A stretch of DNA of 64,000 nucleotides from Azolla caroliniana (taxonomy: Eukaryota; Plantae; Polypodiophyta): assembly GCA_043228905.1 (NCBI GenBank), contig JBHGNT010000003.1, positions 13,888,001 to 13,952,000 of the forward strand, read 5' to 3'. Positions 10,225-20,543 of the stretch are shown here, piece after piece. The notes beneath the pieces are model-generated. The model saw only the letters and a program-made list of their open reading frames with translations, was not told the DNA's origin and ran no database searches. The first letter of the stretch is position 1, and each line of letters begins with the position of its first letter. Made by a program: the position numbers and the translations under genes.

Positions 10225-13024
10225 GCGTGGCGTCTTTTCTCAATTCCCACGCATGCACGTCTTGTACTATAATAGCAGTCGGTTGACACCTGGTGGGCTT
10301 TTAAAGAGGCTTTAATTAGCCACCTACCACACCTTTTCAAAGTGCCTGTTCGCTCCTCGCCTATGCATGATGACTTTTTTTTTTTGCAAGTTGAGTTTTA
10401 GTTAACTGGAAGCATTGGTCCGTATCCCGGTTTTTTCCCATATTCACGTTTGCTGGCCACCTCTTTGTCGCTATTCGGTAACGCCGGCTCCGCTTGATTG
10501 TCGGGTACTTGTTTACCGCTTCCTAATGTTGCATCATCCTCCGTCTGCTCGAACGGATTCTGTGGCATGGGTCCACAATTGATACCAGATTGAAAGGAAT
10601 ACGGTTTCCTAAGCTATGCTCGGCCACAACCGAGACGTCGGATCAAGCACAAAAAAATAGGGATGTGGTGAGATGTATTAATGCACGGAACAGTAAAGAA
10701 GAGAGTGCACTGGATGTTAACGTGGAAACCCAAATTTGGGAAAAAACCACGACAACTCTTAGACTGCAAAATATCACTATATCAAGATTACAACAATGGG
10801 GCACAGAGGCAACGACCTCTTCCTCTCTCTCTCTCTCTTCTCTGTACGCAGTTACACTCTAAATTATCGCAACAACGATAATAATACAACCAGCTCTACA
10901 TCATCATCATTAAGTTTTCCCTAGGTCATATTTATACTAATATGACTTTCGGCTATTTACAAAATATAGCCCCAGTGGGCTCTCTGGAACATATTTACAT
11001 ATATGTCCCTTCATCCGATGAGAGGTTCTCACCGGGCCTGCAACATCCGGTTCTCACCGGGTCTTCCTTGTCGGGTACTTGTCATTCGGTTCTCATCGGG
11101 TCTTCCGTTGCCGGGTACTTGTCATCCGGTTCTCACCGGGTCTTCCGTTGTCGGGTACTTGTCATCCCATCCGGAGGGACCGAGATCCTAACAAACTCCC
11201 CCTTCACTCCGGCATGGGATGCCAAGTCAATCCGATCCGCTTCCGACATGCATCCAGCTTGTCGGGTATCAATACTTTGGTCAGCATATCTAACCCGTTC
11301 TCGGCCGTGTGGATCTTCGTCAGCGCAAACTCTCGATCTTCTACTCGCTCCCGGATCCAGTGATACCTACACTAGATGTGCTTCGTCCTGGAATAGTACG
11401 CTGTGTTCTTAGCAAGGTGGATGTCACTTTGATTGTCGCAATAGAGCTGATATTCATCTTGCTGGATACCGAGCTCTCCGATGAAGTCCTTCATCCATAG
11501 TATTTCCTTGCCGGCTTCCATAACCGCCATGTAATCCGCCTCCGTGGTTGACAACGCAACCGTCTTCTTCAGCCTCGACTGCCATGAAACAGCTCCCCCT
11601 GCATATGTCATTACATACCTGGATGTAGACCGCCTAGTATCCACATCAGCCGACATGTCCGAATCGGTAAAACCGTCAAGTTGAGGTTTACCGGAGCTGA
11701 ATCAGAGACACATACTTGAGATGCCTTTCAAGTATCGGAGTATCCATTTTACTGCATTCCAATGCTCCTTGCCGGGATTGCTAATAAACCGGCTCACCAC
11801 TCCGACTGCATATCCGATATCCAGTCGGGTACACACCATTGCATACATTAGGCTCCCGACGGCAGACACATATGGTATCTTCATCATATCCGCCTTCTCT
11901 GCCTTCTTCTTCGGGCTTTGCTTACCGAATAACTTGCAATTTTCCGGAAGTGTTTATCCGACCGGTTTTGCATCTAACATGTTGAACCGTTGAAGCACCT
12001 TTGTCACGTATTTTGCATGTGACAACCACAATTGCTTCTTTGACCAGTCCCGGATGATGTGCATCCCAGTATCTGCATAGCCGGGCCCAAGTCTTTCATT
12101 GAGAAGGTTTGGTTGAGAGCCTTCTTCACCATCCGTATTTTGGCTTGGTCCCGTCCAACGATCAACATGTTGTCCACGTACAGAAGGAGTATCAGGAAGT
12201 CGCCTCCTACAAACTTCTTCACAAACACGCAATGATCGGTTTGCGTTTTGTGATACCCTTGGTCGGTCATGAAGGAGTCAAACTTCCGGTACCATTGTCA
12301 GGGAGCCTGCTTCAATTGGTACAGGCTCTTCTTCAACCAGCAAACCAGGTGCTCCTTCCCTTTCTCCACGAATCCTTCCAGTTGCTGCATGTAGATCTCT
12401 TCTTCGAGGTCACCGTGAAGGAATGCCGTCTTCACGTCCACCTACTCTACCTCGAGGTCCATGCTTGCCGCTATGCTCAGCACCGTTCAGATGGAAGTCA
12501 TCTGTACTACCGGGGCAAATATCTCGTCGAAGTCCACACCCTTCTTCTGCTAGAACCCCTTCACCACGATCTTGGCTTTGTATCTCGGGGGTTTGCCGGC
12601 ATCTCCCGGTTTCAACTTGTACACCCACTTATTTCGGAGTGCCCGCTTTTCTTTCGGCAACTCCACCAATTCATACGTATGGTTCTCATGCAGGGAATCC
12701 ATCTCATCCTGCATGGCACTTAACCATTTGCGGTTGTGGGTGTCATCCTTCGCTTCTTCGAAGCTTTCCGGCTCTCCCTCATCGGTCAGCAACACATGCT
12801 CTACATCCGAAAATCTTCGGGGGGCCCTTCTCTCTCTGAGAGGATATCTCTGTCTTTGGCCTTCGGCAACCAACTCCACTATTTGTTCTTCATCTGAATC
12901 CGATTCGGGGTCTTGGCCGGTTCCGATTCCAGCTTCCTCTACTTCTTCTTCTACCGGTTCGGTATCCTCACCGTAACTGGTTGGTTCCTCGATTGTCAAC
13001 CGGCTCTTAGCCGGGTGGGTCAAT

Positions 13025-13818
13025 TGTTGGAATTTCGGTCCCTCCGGATGGGATGTCCGGAGATGAATGACGGCAAGCCCGGAGGCTGTTACGGAACCGT
13101 AGGATGATGAAGACCCCGGTTACGGAGCCGGATGCTGAAGACCCCGGTTACGGAGCCGGATGCTGAAGACCCCGGCTACGGAGCCGGATGCTGAAGACCC
13201 CGGTTTCGGAGCCGGATGCTGAAGACCCCGGCTACGGAGCCGGATGCTGAAGACCCCGGTTTCGGAGCCGGATGCTGAAGACCCCGGCTACGGAGCCGGA
13301 TGCTGAAGACCCCGGCTACGGAGCCGGATGACGAATGTACCCGGTGAGAGAGATCCGGATGCGGGGACATATTTGTGAATATGTTTGCCAAGAGCCCTTG
13401 TGGTTATATTTGTAAATAGCCCGAAAGTCATATGCGTATAAATATGACTTAGGGCAAACAGTTTTACTGTTGTTGCTCATTTTCTGTTTTTCCACTTAGA
13501 GGGAGCGAAGTGAGAGCAGCCGAGAGAGAGAGAGAGAGAGAGAGAAACGAAGAGGTCGACGCCTCTGTGTAATACCGTCGCCTGTGGCGAGGACAGCGAG
13601 CTCAAGGTCGTCGCCTTGCAGCTCGCCATTGTATGTTCCAGTGTATAGTGGTAGTTGGAGTCGTGCACTCCCGTGGTTTTTCCCGTTTAGGGTTTTCCAC
13701 GTTATACCCTGTGTATTCATCTCTCTGTGTCTTTGTTTTTATTTTTCCTGCTGCATTGATCCGTGTTGTCTCGGTTGTGGCCGAGAGGCGAAAGATTTGA
13801 TAGCGTCAATTCTTTACA
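13025..13818 (+). repeat. 5' LTR of intact Copia (794 bp)
   Basis: Matches the 3' LTR by eye except for two extra 28-bp units. TATAAATA at 13437-13444 and a (GA)n tract. Confidence 0.96.
13102..13325 (+). repeat. U3 tandem array, 8 x 28 bp
   Basis: Unit GGATGCTGAAGACCCCGG(TTA/CTA/TTT)CGGAGCC. Confidence 0.95.
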
Positions 13819-13821
13819 AAG

Positions 13822-13833
13822 TGGTATCAGAGC
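13822..13833 (+). other. Primer-binding site (tRNA-iMet)
   Basis: TGGTATCAGAGC, 3 nt after the LTR. Confidence 0.95.
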
Positions 13834-13849
13834 GACGATAACACAGAAG

Positions 13850-16800
13850 ATGGAAGGCGGCGGTAGCGGGCAGCCGGGAATGATGGTGCTGAATGCGCAG
13901 AATTACGCCGACTGGAAGATCAAGATGGAGGATCTTCTGATTGTTCGGGACCTGTACGAACCGATTGACAGGTCGGAAATACCGAAGGGAGTACTTGAGT
14001 CGGAGTGGAAGCTCCTGAACCGGAAAGCAGTAGCGACGATCCGGCAATATGTCGATGTAAGTGTCCTGCAACATGTGGCGAACGATACGAACGCCTATGA
14101 GATGTGGAAGAAGCTGTCGGGCCTCTATGAGAGGAAGAATGCGTTGAACCGGACCTCCCTGATGAGAAAGATAGTGAACCTCAAGTACCGGGACGGCGAG
14201 AGTATGGTGGAACACGTAAGCACGTTCATGGGATTCGTGAACCAGCTTGCGGCGATCAAGTTCCCGTTGGAGGATGCAATGCAAGCCATCATCCTGATGT
14301 GTACATTGCCGGACAGCTGGGAGAATTTGGTGGTGACTCTCAGCACCTCCTCCACGGAAGACAACTTGTCCCTACAAACGGTAAAGACAAGTATTCTAAA
14401 TGAAGAAGCGCGTCGGAGAGATAAAGAACCGGCCTCCGACTCGAAGGCGCTGCTTACCGAATCGGAACGGGGAAGACACTGGAACCGGAGTCCGCAAAGA
14501 CGGGAGAAGTCGGGGACCCGGTCGCAGTCAAGAGGAAGACCCATTTGCTTCCACTGTGGGAAGCCGGGGCACTTCCGGAAGAATTGTCGGCATTACCGAA
14601 AGGACAACGGAGCCGACGACGCCGATTCGAAGAAGTCACCGGAGAGAAACGGTGCATACCGGGGAGCCACGGACCGGAGAGGTCCGGATCGGCGAGGGCA
14701 GGACCGGAAAGGAACGACGGCACTCGCGGCAAGTGAAGAAGAGATAATGCTCATTACCGAAGAGAGGGAGCTGAACCTTGCCGGCGTAGAGATGACCTGG
14801 GTGGTCGATTCCGGAGCGTCGTTCCACCTGACCCCGGAGAAGAAATACTTCTCATCCTACACAGCCGGTGAACATGGCTGTGTCCGGATGGGAAATGAAG
14901 GCACATGCCGGATTGCCGGCATAGGAGACGTGTGGCTGATGACATCAACCGGATGCAAGATGCTGCTGAAGGATGTGCGACACGTTCCGGAGGTCCGATT
15001 GAACCTGATCTCGGCCGGGAGGCTAGATGATGAAGGCTACACGGGTAGCATCCGGAACGGTGTCATGAAGTTCAGCAAGGGGAGCCTGATAGTGGCTCGG
15101 GCCCGGAAGGTCAACACACTGTACCTGATGAATTCCCGGCTATGTCCGGAGGAGCTGAACGTGGCAGCCGACACTGCCGGTGAGCTGTGGCACAAGAGAC
15201 TGTGCCACATGAGTGAGAAGGGGATGAAGAGGCTTGTAGAAGACAACCTCATTCCAGTGAAGCATGTGCACCTGGAGAAGTGCACCGATTGCCTGGCCGG
15301 TAAGCAGAACCGAACCTCCTTCCACTCAAGGCCACCGACGAGACGTAGCGCACCCTTGGAGCTGGTGCACACTGATGTGTGTCAGGTAGAAACGAAGTCA
15401 CATGGCGGAGCCCAGTACTTCGTGACATTCATTGATGATCACAGCCGGAAGCTGTGGACGGCACCGTTGAAGACAAAGGACCAAGTGTTGTCCGTCTTCA
15501 GAGAACTCCACGCGAGAGTGGAAAGAGAATCCGGCAAGAAGCTGAAAGCGATACGAGCGGATAACGGAGGGGAATACCGGGGGCAGTTCCAGGAGTACTG
15601 TCGCTCGAAGGGAATCCGGCTCGAGTTTACTGTGCCGAAGACGCCGGAACTGAACGGGCTGGCCGAGAGGATGAACCGGACCATAATGGAGAGGGTCCGG
15701 AGTATGCTAGCGCATGCGAAACTACCCAAGGGATTTTGGGCTGAGGCAATGTCGACGGCGACGTATGTGATAAATAGATCACCCTCAGTACCTTTGGACG
15801 GAGACACGCCGCAGAAAGTGTGGACCGGTAAGGAAGTGTCCTACCGGCATCTGAAGGTGTTCGGGTGTCTCACATACGTGCATGTGGCAAAGGACCGGAG
15901 AGGAAAGTTAGATCCAAAGACCCGGCCATGCATATTCCTCGGTTACGGCGACGACGAGTTCGGCTACCGAGTATGGGACCCGGTCGACAAGAAGATATTC
16001 AGGAGTCGAGACATCATCTTCATGGAGGACAAGACACTCGCCGACTGGGAGTCGGAGAAGAAGATGAAGAGCTCCAAGTCGACCGGTGAGGATCAACTCT
16101 ACGAGGAGCAGTCCCGACCGGCAAGGGACCGGTTAGCACTCGAGGATCCGGCCGAAGACGGTGAAGAAACAGAACCGGCCGAAGAAGATGAAAACGATAC
16201 CGGAACCGGCCCCGATCCCGAAATAGATTCGGATGAAGAAGAATCGGAAGAACCGGTTACCGAAGTTCCGGAACGGAGATATCCTCTAAGAGAGAGAAGG
16301 GCCCCCCGGAGATTTCCGGAACCAGAGCACGTGCTGCTAACCGACGAAGGGGAGCCGGAGAGCTTTGAAGAAGCAAAGCATGACACCCAGAGCCGCAGGT
16401 GGTTGAGTGCCATGCAGGACGAGATGGATTCCCTGCATGAGAACCACACATATGAACTTGTGGAGTTGCCGAAAGGAAAACGGGCACTCCGTAACAAGTG
16501 GGTGTTCAAGCTGAAACCGGGAGATGCCGGAAACCCCCCGAGATACAAAGCCAGGATCGTGGTGAAGGGGTTTCAGCAGAAGAAGGGCGTCGACTTCGAC
16601 GAGATATTTGCCCCGGTAGTGAAGATGACCTCCATCCGGACGGTGCTGAGCATAGCGGCAAGCATGGACCTCGAGGTAGAACAGATGGACGTGAAGACGG
16701 CATTCCTTCACGGTGACCTCGAAGAAGAGATCTACATGCAGCAACCGGAAGGATTCGAGAAGAAAGGGAAGGAGCACCTGGTATGCCGGTTGAAGAAGAG

Positions 16801-17923
16801 CCTTTACGGACTGAAGCAGGCTCCCCGGCAATGGTACCGGAAGTTCGACTCCTTCATGACCGACGAAGGGTACCTCAAAACGCAGTCTGACCACTGCGTG
16901 TTTGTGAAGAAGTTCGAAGGAGGAGACTTTCTAATACTCCTCCTGTACGTGGACGACATGTTGATCGTCGGACGGGACCAGGTAAAGATACGGATGCTGA
17001 AGAAGGCTCTTCACCGAACCTTCTCAATGAAGGACCTGGGTCCGGCGAGGCAAATACTAGGGATGCACATCATCCGGGACCGGAAGAAGAAGCAGTTGTG
17101 GCTGTCACAGGAGAAGTACGTGACGAAGATGCTTCACCGGTTCAACATGTCGGAAGCAAGACCGGTCGGATCGACCCTCCCGGCAAACTGCAAGCTGTCC
17201 AGCAAGCAATGTCCCAAGACAAAAGCTGAAAAGGAGGATATGATGAAAGTACCGTATGCCTCAGCCGTCGGGAGCTTGATGTACGCCATGGTGTGTACGA
17301 GACCGGATATAGGATATGCAGTCGGAGTGGTGAGCCGGTACATGAGCAATCCCGGCAAAGAGCATTGGAACGCGGTCAAGTGGATACTCCGATACCTGAA
17401 GGGCACAGCGAATGTGTGCCTCCGATTCGGCTCCGGTAAGCCCGAACTCGACGGCTTCACCGATTCGGATATGTCGGCTGATGCAGATACCAGCCGGTCC
17501 ACATCAGGGTATGTGATGACGTATGCAGGGGGAGCCGTTTCGTGGCAGTCGAGGCTGCAGAAGACGGTTGCGTTGTCAACCACGGAGGCGGAGTACATGG
17601 CAGCTGTTGAAGCCGGCAAGGAAGTAATATGGATGAAGGACTTCATTAGAGAGCTCGGTATCCGGCAGGAGGAGTACCGACTCTACTGCGACAGTCAGAG
17701 TGCAATCCACCTTGCGAAGAACGCGGCCTATCACTCCCGGACGAAGCACATCCAGCGAAGATATCACTGGATCCGGGAAAGGATAGAAGACAAGGAGTTC
17801 GTGCTGACGAAGGTCCACACGGACGAGAACGGGTCGGATATGCTGACCAAGGTGCTCACACCCGACAAGCTGGAAGCATGCCGGAAGAGGATCGGGTTGG
17901 AGAGACATCCCATGCCGAAGTGA
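13850..17923 (+). CDS. Copia Gag-Pol polyprotein (Gag, zinc knuckle, PR, INT, RT, RNase H), 1357 aa
   Basis: CFHCGKPGHFRKNC, WVVDSGAS, LWHKRLCH/CTDC, HTDVC...DNGGEY...[40 protein letters not shown]. First ATG after the PBS is at 13850. Confidence 0.96.
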   Translation: MEGGGSGQPGMMVLNAQNYADWKIKMEDLLIVRDLYEPIDRSEIPKGVLESEWKLLNRKAVATIRQYVDVSVLQHVANDTNAYEMWKKLSGLYERKNALNRTSLMRKIVNLKYRDGESMVEHVSTFMGFVNQLAAIKFPLEDAMQAIILMCTLPDSWENLVVTLSTSSTEDNLSLQTVKTSILNEEARRRDKEPASDSKALLTESERGRHWNRSPQRREKSGTRSQSRGRPICFHCGKPGHFRKNCRHYRKDNGADDADSKKSPERNGAYRGATDRRGPDRRGQDRKGTTALAASEEEIMLITEERELNLAGVEMTWVVDSGASFHLTPEKKYFSSYTAGEHGCVRMGNEGTCRIAGIGDVWLMTSTGCKMLLKDVRHVPEVRLNLISAGRLDDEGYTGSIRNGVMKFSKGSLIVARARKVNTLYLMNSRLCPEELNVAADTAGELWHKRLCHMSEKGMKRLVEDNLIPVKHVHLEKCTDCLAGKQNRTSFHSRPPTRRSAPLELVHTDVCQVETKSHGGAQYFVTFIDDHSRKLWTAPLKTKDQVLSVFRELHARVERESGKKLKAIRADNGGEYRGQFQEYCRSKGIRLEFTVPKTPELNGLAERMNRTIMERVRSMLAHAKLPKGFWAEAMSTATYVINRSPSVPLDGDTPQKVWTGKEVSYRHLKVFGCLTYVHVAKDRRGKLDPKTRPCIFLGYGDDEFGYRVWDPVDKKIFRSRDIIFMEDKTLADWESEKKMKSSKSTGEDQLYEEQSRPARDRLALEDPAEDGEETEPAEEDENDTGTGPDPEIDSDEEESEEPVTEVPERRYPLRERRAPRRFPEPEHVLLTDEGEPESFEEAKHDTQSRRWLSAMQDEMDSLHENHTYELVELPKGKRALRNKWVFKLKPGDAGNPPRYKARIVVKGFQQKKGVDFDEIFAPVVKMTSIRTVLSIAASMDLEVEQMDVKTAFLHGDLEEEIYMQQPEGFEKKGKEHLVCRLKKSLYGLKQAPRQWYRKFDSFMTDEGYLKTQSDHCVFVKKFEGGDFLILLLYVDDMLIVGRDQVKIRMLKKALHRTFSMKDLGPARQILGMHIIRDRKKKQLWLSQEKYVTKMLHRFNMSEARPVGSTLPANCKLSSKQCPKTKAEKEDMMKVPYASAVGSLMYAMVCTRPDIGYAVGVVSRYMSNPGKEHWNAVKWILRYLKGTANVCLRFGSGKPELDGFTDSDMSADADTSRSTSGYVMTYAGGAVSWQSRLQKTVALSTTEAEYMAAVEAGKEVIWMKDFIRELGIRQEEYRLYCDSQSAIHLAKNAAYHSRTKHIQRRYHWIRERIEDKEFVLTKVHTDENGSDMLTKVLTPDKLEACRKRIGLERHPMPK

Positions 17924-17931
17924 AGGGGGAG
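17921..17931 (+). other. Polypurine tract
   Basis: TGAAGGGGGAG immediately before the 3' LTR. Confidence 0.9.
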
Positions 17932-17933
17932 TT

Positions 17934-18671
17934 TGTTGGAATTTCGGTCCCTCCGGATGGGATGTCCGGAGATGAATGACGGCAAGCCCGGAGGCTGTTA
18001 CGGAACCGTAGGATGATGAAGACCCCGGTTACGGAGCCGGATGCTGAAGACCCCGGTTACGGAGCCGGATGCTGAAGACCCCGGCTACGGAGCCGGATGC
18101 TGAAGACCCCGGTTTCGGAGCCGGATGCTGAAGACCCCGGCTACGGAGCCGGATGCTGAAGACCCCGGCTACGGAGCCGGATGACGAATGTACCCGGTGA
18201 GAGAGATCCGGATGCGGGGACATATTTGTGAATATGTTTGCCAAGAGCCCTTGTGGTTATATTTGTAAATAGCCCGAAAGTCATATGCGTATAAATATGA
18301 CTTAGGGCAAACAGTTTTACTGTTGTTGCTCATTTTCTGTTTTTCCACTTAGAGGGAGCGAAGTGAGAGCAGCCGAGAGAGAGAGAGAGAGAGAGAGAAA
18401 CGAAGAGGTCGACGCCTCTGTGTAATACCGTCGCCTGTGGCGAGGACAGCGAGCTCAAGGTCGTCGCCTTGCAGCTCGCCATTGTATGTTCCAGTGTATA
18501 GTGGTAGTTGGAGTCGTGCACTCCCGTGGTTTTTCCCGTTTAGGGTTTTCCACGTTATACCCTGTGTATTCATCTCTCTGTGTCTTTGTTTTTATTTTTC
18601 CTGCTGCATTGATCCGTGTTGTCTCGGTTGTGGCCGAGAGGCGAAAGATTTGATAGCGTCAATTCTTTACA
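17934..18671 (+). repeat. 3' LTR of intact Copia (738 bp; 6 x 28-bp array at 18011-18178)
   Basis: Direct repeat of 13025-13818, followed by TSD TCAAT. Confidence 0.96.
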
Positions 18672-20543
18672 TCAATTTCATTAGAGTTCATTATCTTCTT
18701 CTCCGACTCCCAGTCGACAAGAGTCTGGTCCTCCATGAAGATAATATCTTAGCTCCGGAAAACCTTCTTGTCAACCGGATCCCACACTCGGTAGCCAAAC
18801 TCATCATCGTCGTATCCGAGGAATATGCATGGCCGGGTCTTTGGATCCAACTTTCCTCTCCGTTCCTTAGCAACATGCACGTATGCGAGACACCCAAACA
18901 CCTTTAGATGTTGGTAGGACACTTCCTTACCAGTCTACACCTTCTGCGGTGTGTCTCCATCCAAGGGCACTGAGGGTGATATGTTTATCACATACGTCGT
19001 TGTCGACAGTGCCTCAGCCCAAAACTTCTTGGGTAATTTTGCATGCACCAGCATACTCCGGACCCTCTCCATGATGGTCCGGTTTAGCCTCTTGGCCCGC
19101 CCATTTAGTTTCGGCGTCTTCGGCACGGTAAATTCGAGCCGGATTCTCTTCGAGCGACAATACTCCTCGAACTGCCCTCGGTATTCACCTCCGTTATCTG
19201 CTCGAACCGCCTTCAGCTTCCGGCCGGTTTCTCTTTCCACTCTCGTGTGGAGCTCTTTGAAGACAGATAACACTTGATCCTTCGTCTTCAACGGTGTGGC
19301 CCACAGCTTCTGGCTGTTGTCATCTATGAACGTCACGAAGTATTGCGATCCAGCATGTGACTTCGTGTCCACTTGACACACATGGGTATGCACCAACTCT
19401 AGTGGTGCATTACGTCTCATCGGTGGCCTCGATTAGAAGGAGGTCCGGTTTTGTTTACTGGTCAGACAATCAGTGCACTTCTCCAAGTGCCCGTTCTTCA
19501 GTGGAATGAGGTTGTCGTCTGCAAGCCTCTTCATCCCCTTCTCGCTCATGTGACACAACCTCTTGTGCCACAGCTCACCGGTAGTGTCGGAAGCCACATT
19601 CACTTCTTCCGGGCATAACCGGGCATTCATCAGGTACATCGTGTGGACCTTCCGGGCCCGAGCCACAATCAGGTCCCTTTGCTGAACTTCATAACATTGT
19701 TCCGGATGCTACCTGTGTAGCCTTCATCATCTAGCCGACCGGTTGATATCAGGTTCAGACAAACCTCCGGAACGTGTCAGACATCATTCAACAATAGCTT
19801 GCATCTGGTTGGTGTTGTCAACCACACGTCTCCTATGCCGAGAATTCGGCATGTACCTTCATTCCCCATCCGGACACAGCCGTGATCATCGGTTGAGTAG
19901 GATGAGAAGCATTTCCGGTCCGGGGTAAGGTGGAATGACGCTGCAGAGTCGACCACCCAGGTCATCTCGTCGCCGGCAAGGTTTAGCTCACCCTCCTCAG
20001 TGATGAGCATAAACTCTTCTTCACTTGCTGCAATTGCCGTCATTCCCTTCTGGTCCGTTCCCCTCCGGTCTTTACCGTTCCGATCCGGTGTCCGCTTCGA
20101 ATCGGTATCATCGGTTTCCTTGTCTTTTCGGAAGTGCCGACAATTCTTTTGGAAGTGTCCTGGCTTGCCGCAATAGAAGCAGGTAGGCCTCTCCCTTGAC
20201 TTTGACCGTGTCCCCAACTCTACAACGATAATAATACAACCAACTCTACATCATCATTATTAAGTTTGCCCTAGGTCATATTTATAATAATATGACTTTC
20301 GGCTATTTACAAAATATAGCCCTAGTGGGCTCTCTGGAACATATTTACATATATTTCCCTTCATCCGGTGAGAAGTTCTCACCGGGCCTGCAACATCCGG
20401 TTCTCACCGGGTCTTCCTTGCCGGGTACTTGTCATCCGGTTCTCACCGGGTCTTCCGTTGCCGGGTACTTGTCATCCGGTTCTCACTGGGTCTTCCGTTG
20501 TCGGGTACTTGTCATCCCATCCGGAGGGACCGAGATCCTAACA

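Larger units (their letters stand above)
13025..18671 (+). mobile_element. Intact, very recent Ty1/Copia LTR retrotransposon (Tnt1/Tork-like)
   Basis: TG...CA LTRs 13025-13818 and 17934-18671, 5-bp TSD TCAAT, tRNA-iMet PBS, PPT and a single uninterrupted gag-pol ORF. Confidence 0.97.
10591..20543 (-). mobile_element. Decayed Tnt1/Tork-like Copia (E), split by the intact Copia
   Basis: 3' LTR 10591-11193 with PPT at 11194-11206. Partial 5' LTR ~20218-20543. Frameshifted RH/RT 11210-13020 and INT/PR/zinc knuckle 18677-20215. gag N-terminus and PBS are deleted. Confidence 0.85.

Noticed and set aside
13102-13325. CRISPR-like appearance of LTR arrays (also 35213-35440 and 43525-43766)
   Set aside because: Units are tandem without unique spacers, lie inside plant retrotransposons and have no cas genes nearby.
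13680-13700. Single TTTAGGG motifs inside Copia LTRs
   Set aside because: Native single motifs present in both LTRs, not junction fillers.
13763-13849. ORF-track start of the Copia polyprotein at 13763
   Set aside because: It begins inside the LTR, upstream of the PBS, at a non-ATG codon. ATG 13850 is more plausible.
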